32,000 bases of DNA, taken from the NCBI RefSeq assembly GCF_001598795.1, contig NZ_BCZP01000010.1, positions 120,001 through 152,000 of the forward strand. The letters run 5' to 3'. The translations under genes and the position numbers were made by a program. Shown here in pieces: positions 24,495-32,000 of the stretch; position 1 is the stretch's first letter; every line of letters begins with the position of its first letter. The notes below the pieces were generated by a model. It saw only the letters and a program-made list of their open reading frames with translations. It had not been told where the DNA came from and did no database searches. Source of the stretch: Delftia acidovorans NBRC 14950. Its GTDB lineage: Bacteria; Pseudomonadota; Gammaproteobacteria; Burkholderiales; Burkholderiaceae_C.

Positions 24495-25376
24495 TCAGCG
24501 GCCGCGCGCCGGCCACAGCACCGAGGCGATGGCCACCACCATCAGCGCCACGGCCGTCCAGTCCTGCCAGTGCAGCACCTCGCCCAGCCACCAGGCGCCG
24601 CTGAACACGCCCAGCACGGGGATCATCATCACGCTCAGCGTGGACGCCACGGGCGGCAGGCTGCGCGCCAGGAAGAACCAGACCGTCTGGCCAAAGCCCA
24701 GCACCAGCACGCCGTTGAAGACGATGGCGCCCGTGGCCTGAGCATCAGGCCAGTGCCACAGGTGGCGCTCGAAGACGAAGGCCAGCACCGTGAGCGTCAG
24801 CGCGGTCAGCGCCACCATCCACAGCGTCATCGTCAGCAGGGGCACGGGCACCTCGGCGCGGCGCAGCTTCTGCGTGCCGAAGGCCCAGCTCAGCGCGGCG
24901 GCCAGCATCAGGCCCACGCCGATGGGACGGCTGCCCAGGGCGCCGACCTCGTGCCACAGCAGCAGGAGCACGCCCGCCAAGGCCGCCGCCACACCCGCCC
25001 AGGCACGCGGCGCCAGCCGATCATGGAAGAACAGGCTGCCCAGCACGGCCGAGAAGATGGGCATGGTGTAGCCCAGGATGGCCGCCCGCCCGCTGGACAG
25101 CATGGGGATGGCAATGATGATCAGGCTGTTCCACAGCACCATGTTGAACAGCGTCAGCTGCGCCAGCCGGGGCCAATAGGCACGCGGCACGGCCAGCGGC
25201 AGGCGGCGCCAGACCACGAAGGCCGCCAGGATGGGCAGGCCCACCCACATCGAGGCCATGCGGAAACTCAGCGGCGGGAAATGCTGCACGCCCAGCTTCA
25301 TCACCGGCCAGTTGATGCCCCAGATCAGGGTCAGCGCGATCAGCAAAAGGATTTGTCGGGCGGTGAAGGCAGGCAT
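24495..25376 (-). CDS. EamA/DMT-family transporter
   Basis: The internal ATG at 25376 of ORF 24495..25580 gives [39 protein letters not shown]. The 293-aa product shows about ten hydrophobic segments, as expected for the duplicated EamA architecture. Confidence 0.88.
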   Translation of the reverse strand: MPAFTARQILLLIALTLIWGINWPVMKLGVQHFPPLSFRMASMWVGLPILAAFVVWRRLPLAVPRAYWPRLAQLTLFNMVLWNSLIIIAIPMLSSGRAAILGYTMPIFSAVLGSLFFHDRLAPRAWAGVAAALAGVLLLLWHEVGALGSRPIGVGLMLAAALSWAFGTQKLRRAEVPVPLLTMTLWMVALTALTLTVLAFVFERHLWHWPDAQATGAIVFNGVLVLGFGQTVWFFLARSLPPVASTLSVMMIPVLGVFSGAWWLGEVLHWQDWTAVALMVVAIASVLWPARGR

Positions 25377-25464
25377 AGGCCGCCGATTGTGCCCGCGGGC
25401 CGCCAGGCCCGCTGGATGCCCGGCGACAGGCCCCGGGAAGGGCCGATCGCTAAAATCGCGCCCC

Positions 25465-26292
25465 ATGACCTTTCTCGACATGCTGCGCAATGCCACCGCC
25501 CAGAACCAATCCATGCTGTGCGTGGGCCTGGACCCCGAACCCAGCCGCTTTCCTGCGGCCATGCGCGGCGATGCAAGCAAAATCTACGACTTCTGCGCCG
25601 CCATCGTCGACGCCACGGCCGACCTGGTGAACTCCTTCAAGCCCCAGATCGCCTACTTCGCGGCCCACCGCGCCGAAGACCAGCTGGAAAAGCTCATGGC
25701 CCACATGCGCGCCGTCGCTCCCCATGTGCCCATCATCCTGGACGCCAAGCGCGGCGACATCGGCTCCACCGCCGAGCAATACGCCAAGGAAGCCTTCGAG
25801 CGCTACGGCGCCGACGCCGTGACCCTGTCGCCCTTTATGGGCTTCGACTCCATCACGCCCTACCTGCAGTACGAGGGCAAGGGCGCCTTCCTGCTGTGCC
25901 GCACCTCCAACCCCGGCGGCGACGACCTGCAGGCCCAGCGCCTGGCCGACCTGCCGGGCCAGCCTCACCTGTTCGAGCATGTGGCGCGCCTGGCGCAAGG
26001 CCCCTGGAACACCAACGGCCAGCTCGGCCTGGTGGTGGGCGCCACGCGCCCGCAGGAGATCGAGCGCGTGCGTGAATTCGCGCCCTCGCTGCCGCTGCTG
26101 ATTCCCGGCGTGGGCGCCCAGGGGGGCGATGCCGTGGCCACGGTCAAGGCGGCGCGCATCGGCGGCGGCCCCATCATCATCAATTCCTCGCGTGCGGTGC
26201 TCTATGCATCGCAGGGCGAAGACTTCGCTGCCGCCGCGCGCACCGCCGCCCAGGCCACGCGCCAGACGCTGCAAGACGCAGCCGCCGCCTGA
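25465..26292 (+). CDS. pyrF: Orotidine 5'-phosphate decarboxylase (type 2, long form)
   Basis: The internal ATG at 25465 gives [26 protein letters not shown]. Further motifs are [41 protein letters not shown] and [10 protein letters not shown]. Confidence 0.92.
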   Translation: MTFLDMLRNATAQNQSMLCVGLDPEPSRFPAAMRGDASKIYDFCAAIVDATADLVNSFKPQIAYFAAHRAEDQLEKLMAHMRAVAPHVPIILDAKRGDIGSTAEQYAKEAFERYGADAVTLSPFMGFDSITPYLQYEGKGAFLLCRTSNPGGDDLQAQRLADLPGQPHLFEHVARLAQGPWNTNGQLGLVVGATRPQEIERVREFAPSLPLLIPGVGAQGGDAVATVKAARIGGGPIIINSSRAVLYASQGEDFAAAARTAAQATRQTLQDAAAA

Positions 26293-26312
26293 GACGGCAG
26301 GGAAGCCCGGCC

Positions 26313-27218
26313 ATGCAAGGCAAATGGCTGGAAGACTTCCTGCTGCTGGCCCAGGAGCGCAGCTTCACGCGCGCGGCCGAGCTGCGCCATGTCACCCATC
26401 CGGCCTTCGGGCGGCGCATCCGCGCGCTGGAGGCCTGGGCCGGCACGCCCCTGGTCGAGCCCGGCGGCGGCCCCGTGCGGCTGACGCCGGCCGGCGAAGC
26501 CTTCCGCGACACGGCCGAGCAACTGGTGCGCACGCTGGCCCAGTCGCACGATGAACTGCAGGCCGTGGCCGGGCGCCAGGCCCGCGTGATCACCCTGGCC
26601 ACGGGACGCACGCTGGCGCGCACCATCGTGGCCGACTGGCTGACGCGCCACGGCAGCGTGCTGCAGACGGCCGAGCTGCGCGTGGTCACACGCACGCTGG
26701 ACGAGACCGTGGCCATGCTGCAGCGCGGCGAAGTCAGCTTCACGCTGGTCTACCACCACGCCGCCATTGGCGTGCGCCTGGACGGCCGCCAGTTCAGCTA
26801 CCTGACGGTGATGCAGGACAGGCTGGTGCCCGTGGCCCGCGCCGATGCCCAGGGCCGTCCGCTGTACGAGCTGTCGGCCAGCCACCAGCCCGTCGCTCCC
26901 GTACCCTACCTGGCCTTCTCCCACAGCATGGCCCTGGGCCGCCTGGTGGAAGACCACCTGGCCCGGCATCCGCTGGCGCCGCGCCTGCGCCGCTGCGTGG
27001 ACTGCGATTCGGCCGACGCCCACTACGAATACGTACTGCGCGGCCTGGGTCTGGCCTGGATGCCGTGGTCCATGGTGCGCGGCGACTGCCAGGCCGGCCG
27101 CCTGGCCGTGGCCGGCGACCCGGGCCTGGAAGTGCACTTCGACGTGCGCCTGTACCGTCCCAAGCGCCACCTGGGCCCCGCGGCCGAGCAGTTCTGGAGC
27201 GACATCACGGGCGCCTGA
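26313..27218 (+). CDS. LysR-family transcriptional regulator
   Basis: The N-terminal HTH is MQGKWLEDFLLLAQERSFTRAAELRHVTHPAFGRRIRALEAWAGTPLV. A LysR substrate-binding-like domain follows. The product is 301 aa. Confidence 0.9.
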   Translation: MQGKWLEDFLLLAQERSFTRAAELRHVTHPAFGRRIRALEAWAGTPLVEPGGGPVRLTPAGEAFRDTAEQLVRTLAQSHDELQAVAGRQARVITLATGRTLARTIVADWLTRHGSVLQTAELRVVTRTLDETVAMLQRGEVSFTLVYHHAAIGVRLDGRQFSYLTVMQDRLVPVARADAQGRPLYELSASHQPVAPVPYLAFSHSMALGRLVEDHLARHPLAPRLRRCVDCDSADAHYEYVLRGLGLAWMPWSMVRGDCQAGRLAVAGDPGLEVHFDVRLYRPKRHLGPAAEQFWSDITGA

Positions 27219-27373
27219 CGGGTGCATGCATGCGCCCTCATGGTGCAAACCCGCACCGGGCTGTGGAACAAGCGGGTTTTGGTGCTGCAATGGCTCCGCC
27301 TCGTGCCGAATCAGCACCGAATGCCTGGATAGTCCTTCGCACAATCAAACTCATACATTTCAGGAATAACCCC

Positions 27374-28357
27374 ATGCCCAGCAACTCCCTCCTGCGCCGC
27401 ACCGCCCTGGCCTGCGGCCTGCTGATCGCCGCCACCGGCAGCGCCTTCGCCGACGACGCCGCCAGCTACCCCAACCGTGCCATCACCATGATCGTGGGCT
27501 ACCCCGCCGGCGGCAGCACCGACCTGGTGGGCCGCTTCGTGGCCGATGGCCTGGCCTCGCGCCTGGGCCAGCCCGTGGTGGTGGAGAACCTGGGCGGCGC
27601 CGGCGGCGCCATCGGCGCGCAAAAGGCCGTCAAGGCCACGCCCGACGGCTACACGCTGTTCGTGGGCGCCAACAACGAGCTGGCCATCGCACGGCTGATC
27701 AACAAGAGCATCAAGTACTCCATCGGCGACTTCACGCCCATCGGCATGATCGGCTCCCAGCCCATGGTGCTGGTGGCCTCGCAGAAGGCCGGCGTCAAGA
27801 CAGCCGCCGAGTTCAGCGCCCTGGTGGCCAAGAACCCGGGCAAGTTCAGCTACGGCAGCTCGGGCGTGGGCACGGCACTGCACCTGGCCGGCGAGATGAT
27901 CAAGGAGCAGGGCAAGCTGCACATGACCCACATCCCCTACCGGGGCGTGGCGCCCCTGACCACGGACCTGGTGGGCAACAACATCGAGTTCGGCATGTTC
28001 GTGCTGTCCTCGGGCCTGCCCCAGATCCGCGCGGGCAAGGTCATCGCCCTGGGCACGACGGAGGCCAAGCGCTCGGCCATCACGCCCGACATCCCGGCCC
28101 TGTCCGAGCTGCCCCAGTACAAGAACGTGGACATCAACGTCTGGTTCGCGCTGATGGCACCCAAGGGCCTGCCCGCACCCGTGGCCGCCAAGGTCAAGAA
28201 GGCGCTGGACGAGACCATGGCCTCGCCAGAGTTCCGCAAGAAGATGGAAGAGTCAGGCTCGGTGGTGGCCGATCCCAAGACGGATGCCGGCAAGTACATC
28301 AACGCCGAGATCGCCAAGTACACAAAAATCGTCCAATTCGCCCATATTGAGAATTGA
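27374..28357 (+). CDS. Bug-family (TctC-like) tripartite tricarboxylate transporter substrate-binding protein
   Basis: The internal ATG at 27374 is preceded by AGGAATAACCCC. The signal peptide is MPSNSLLRRTALACGLLIAATGSAFA. The Bug hallmarks are YPNRAITMIVGYPAGGSTDLVGR, SSGVGTALHLAGE and HIPYRGVAP. Confidence 0.92.
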   Translation: MPSNSLLRRTALACGLLIAATGSAFADDAASYPNRAITMIVGYPAGGSTDLVGRFVADGLASRLGQPVVVENLGGAGGAIGAQKAVKATPDGYTLFVGANNELAIARLINKSIKYSIGDFTPIGMIGSQPMVLVASQKAGVKTAAEFSALVAKNPGKFSYGSSGVGTALHLAGEMIKEQGKLHMTHIPYRGVAPLTTDLVGNNIEFGMFVLSSGLPQIRAGKVIALGTTEAKRSAITPDIPALSELPQYKNVDINVWFALMAPKGLPAPVAAKVKKALDETMASPEFRKKMEESGSVVADPKTDAGKYINAEIAKYTKIVQFAHIEN

Positions 28358-28359
28358 TC

Positions 28360-28486
28360 CCCCCTGAGCGGCTGCGCCGCTTCCCCCCACTCTCGCCGTG
28401 CTGCGCACGGCGGGCGGGGGGACGCAGCCCTCGCTGCGGGGCGGCCCTTGCTTGGCTGCCCTCGCTTGCGCTGCGCCAGTTGCAAA
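28360..28486 (+). repeat. Structured intergenic repeat, single unit (same family as 3210-3464 and 15723-15870)
   Basis: The head is CCCCCTGAGCGGCTGCGCCGCTTCCCCCC. Then come an inner hairpin CGCCGTGC-TGC-GCACGGCG closed by a C-run/G-run, GGGGGGACGCAGCCCTCG, and a tail ending ...GCGCCAGTTGCAAAAG. The unit starts 2 nt after the tctC-like stop. Confidence 0.8.
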
Positions 28487-28517
28487 AGCCGTGCGCGTGT
28501 AGACAACGGAGTGAGTG

Positions 28518-29495
28518 ATGGAAACTTTGCGATTTGACCTTCCCCTGCCCGACCTGAGCGCCTGGCGCGCGGGCAATACCGGTACCGAGGGCGTGTGGCA
28601 ATTCGACTCGGGACGCCCGGGCCGCCACGTGATGATTTCCGCGCTGGTGCACGGCAACGAGATCTGCGGCGCCTGGGCCGTGTCCGGGCTGCTTCAGGCC
28701 CTGAACAACGGCCTGGCGCTGGACAATGGCCGCCTGACCCTGGTGCTGGCCAACCTCGATGCCTTCGACCGCTTCGACGCGGCCAGCCACGATGCCTCGC
28801 GCTTCGTGGACGAGGACATGAACCGCCAGTGGATAGACGCACGCATCGACGAGGGCAGCACCCGCGAGCGCCGCCGCGCCGCCGCGCTGCGCCCCTTCGT
28901 GCAGCAGGCCGACTGGCTGCTGGACCTGCATTCCATGCACGAGCCCTCGGCCCCGCTGCTGCTGACCGGCATGCAGCCGCGCAACCGCGATCTGGCACGC
29001 CAGATGGGCGCGCCGGCGAACATCGTCGTGGATGCCGGCCACAAGGACGGCACGCGGCTGCGCGACTACGGGCGCTTCGGCCTGCCCGACGCCGAGGCCG
29101 GCGACTCGCGCTCGCTGCTGATCGAATGCGGCTTCCACGGCGATCTGGCCAGCCGCGACGTGGCGCACGACCAGTGCCTGCGTTTCCTCGAAGTGGCCGC
29201 CATCTTCGACAACGGCGCGCTGCACGCCGCCCTGCCCGGCTGGAAGCAGGCCGACGCACCGGCCCAGTGGGCGCTGGAAGTCACGGCGCCCGTGGTGGCC
29301 AAGAGCAGCGGCTTTCGCTTCACGGCGCCGTTCACGGGGCTGGAGCGCTTCGAGAAGGCCGGCACGGTGATCGGCGACAACGATGGCGAGCCGGTGATCA
29401 CGCCCTATGGCGACTGCGTGCTGGTCATGCCCTCGGTGCGCCAGGCGCGCGCGGGCGTGACCGTGGTGCGCTTCGCCAGGCGCTCGCCGCTCTGA
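28518..29495 (+). CDS. Succinylglutamate desuccinylase/aspartoacylase (AstE/AspA, M14-like) family deacylase
   Basis: A GGAGTGAGTG SD precedes the ATG. The product starts METLRFDLPLPDLSAWRAGNTGTEGVWQFDSGRPGRHVMISALVHGNEICGAWAV, with the zinc-ligand HxxE context, and contains DLHSMHEP downstream. It is 325 aa. Confidence 0.85.
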   Translation: METLRFDLPLPDLSAWRAGNTGTEGVWQFDSGRPGRHVMISALVHGNEICGAWAVSGLLQALNNGLALDNGRLTLVLANLDAFDRFDAASHDASRFVDEDMNRQWIDARIDEGSTRERRRAAALRPFVQQADWLLDLHSMHEPSAPLLLTGMQPRNRDLARQMGAPANIVVDAGHKDGTRLRDYGRFGLPDAEAGDSRSLLIECGFHGDLASRDVAHDQCLRFLEVAAIFDNGALHAALPGWKQADAPAQWALEVTAPVVAKSSGFRFTAPFTGLERFEKAGTVIGDNDGEPVITPYGDCVLVMPSVRQARAGVTVVRFARRSPL

Positions 29496-29516
29496 GCGGC
29501 ACGCTTCAGCCGAACC

Positions 29517-30671
29517 TCAGCCGCGCTGGCAGCGCGCAGGCGACAGCCGTTCAGGCTGCACGCCCTGCGCGGCCAGGCGTGCATCCAGCGGCTCGCCACG
29601 CAGCAGGTTGCGCGCCAGCAGGCTGTAGCCGAAGGCGCTCTGTATGCCGTAGCCGCCCTGGGCGGCCACCCAGAAAAAGCCCGGCAGCGGCACGGGCGAG
29701 GCATCCCAGCCAATGGCCATCTCGCCGTCGGCCACAAAGCTGCGCAGCCCGGCCCAGGTGTGGGAGGGGCGGCGGATCTGCAGCGTGGTCACTTCCTCGA
29801 TGCGCCAGATGCCCGTGGCCACGTCCAGTTCCTCGGGCGCCACGTCCTGCGGCGCCACGGGGTCGGCGTTGGCGGGCGATCCCAGCAGCTGGCCTGCATC
29901 GGGCTTGAAGTAAAAGCCCTCGTCGGCGCTGATCACGGCGGGCCAGTGCGCGGCATCCATGCCTTCGGGCACGGCAAAGGTGAAGGCACTGCGCCGCTTG
30001 GGCACCAGGCCGATGGGCGCTGCGCCCGCCAGCGCGCCCAGCGCATCGGCCCAGGCGCCAGCCGCGTTGACCACGCAGCGCGCACGCACCTGGCTGCCGT
30101 CGGCCAGGTCCACGGTCCAGACACCTGCGTCATGCGCCAGCGCGCGGACCTCGGCGCTGCAGCGCAGCTCGCCGCTGCACTGGCGCAGGCCGCGCAGGAA
30201 TCCCTGGTGCAGGCCATGCACGTCGATGTCGCGCGCGCCGTCGTCCGCAAAGCCATCGACCAGCAGCGTGGTGTTCAGGCAGGGCACCAGGGCCTTGAGT
30301 TCATCGGGGCCCAGGCGCCGCGCCTGGGGCGAGTGCAGGAGCGCCTCGGCATGGGCGGCATCGAGCAGGTCCTTCTGCGCGGCCGTGCCCACATAGAGCA
30401 CGCCGCGCGGCGCCAGGATGGGCGCCTGCACAAAGCCCTGCGGCGGCTGCTCGTAGAAGGCGCGGCTGGCGCGCGTCAGCGCCTGGACCTGCAGCGGGCC
30501 ATAGTGCTCCTCATACAGCGCGGCCGAGCGGCCCGTGCTGTGGTAGCCGGGCTGGGATTCGCGCTCCAGCACCAGAACCGAGGCGCCGCCATCGCGCGCC
30601 AGCTGCCAGGCCACCGAGGCACCGGCCATGCCCGCGCCCACCACCACGAAATCACGGATGCTGCTGTCCAT
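29517..30671 (-). CDS. FAD-dependent oxidoreductase (DAO / glycine-D-amino-acid oxidase-like)
   Basis: The internal ATG at 30671 of ORF 29517..31217 gives MDSSIRDFVVVGAGMAGASVAWQLARDGGASVLVLERE, which carries the GxGxxG dinucleotide fold. Further motifs are HSTGRSAAL and VVNAAGAWAD. The product is 384 aa. The gene starts 8 nt after the uvrA stop. Confidence 0.88.
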   Translation of the reverse strand: MDSSIRDFVVVGAGMAGASVAWQLARDGGASVLVLERESQPGYHSTGRSAALYEEHYGPLQVQALTRASRAFYEQPPQGFVQAPILAPRGVLYVGTAAQKDLLDAAHAEALLHSPQARRLGPDELKALVPCLNTTLLVDGFADDGARDIDVHGLHQGFLRGLRQCSGELRCSAEVRALAHDAGVWTVDLADGSQVRARCVVNAAGAWADALGALAGAAPIGLVPKRRSAFTFAVPEGMDAAHWPAVISADEGFYFKPDAGQLLGSPANADPVAPQDVAPEELDVATGIWRIEEVTTLQIRRPSHTWAGLRSFVADGEMAIGWDASPVPLPGFFWVAAQGGYGIQSAFGYSLLARNLLRGEPLDARLAAQGVQPERLSPARCQRG

Positions 30672-30679
30672 GGCCGGCC

Positions 30680-32000
<1,321 letters not shown>

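Noticed and set aside
24444-26075. 543-aa plus ORF across the EamA gene and pyrF
   Set aside because: The translation is extremely Arg/His/Pro/Gly/Gln-rich. It overlaps two well-supported genes in other frames or on the other strand.
27937-29908. Minus ORF 27937..29259 (440 aa) and plus ORF 28595..29908 (437 aa)
   Set aside because: Both give Arg/Pro/Ala-rich nonsense translations and overlap the tctC-like, deacylase and oxidoreductase genes. They also run straight through the intergenic repeat.

Overview
The window is GC-rich with strong G/C third-position bias. Gene content suggests a Comamonadaceae-type betaproteobacterial chromosome, but that taxon call is inference. It reads as core, housekeeping-dominated DNA rather than an accessory island. 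I support 27 protein-coding genes. In order they are: a PLP-dependent D-amino-acid deaminase/aldolase-like gene (partial), an OmpA-family lipoprotein, a candidate 56-aa membrane peptide, mltA, an MFS transporter, a divergent Lrp regulator and fused indolepyruvate:ferredoxin oxidoreductase, yajC-secD-secF, a large DUF1631-like protein, dprA with its LysM partner, def-lipoprotein-fmt-azlC-azlD, pgk, two translationally coupled lipoproteins, an EamA transporter, pyrF, a LysR regulator, a Bug/TctC binding protein, an AstE/AspA-family deacylase, an FAD oxidoreductase and uvrA (partial). I see no tRNA, rRNA, CRISPR array, transposase, integrase or recognisable defence or toxin gene. The clearest signal not explained by genes is a family of structured intergenic repeats: four units at three loci. 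Every unit has its head against a gene 3' end, two heads supply the stop codon, and the head hairpin shows compensatory base changes. The best candidates for undescribed biology are modest. They are the coupled lipoprotein pair after pgk, the DUF1631-like protein after secDF, a BamE-like lipoprotein wedged between def and fmt, a small SD-preceded membrane ORF back-to-back with mltA, and a 330-bp structured non-coding stretch upstream of yajC. I did not find a compelling multi-gene novel system. All family calls come from reading the translations, not from database searches.
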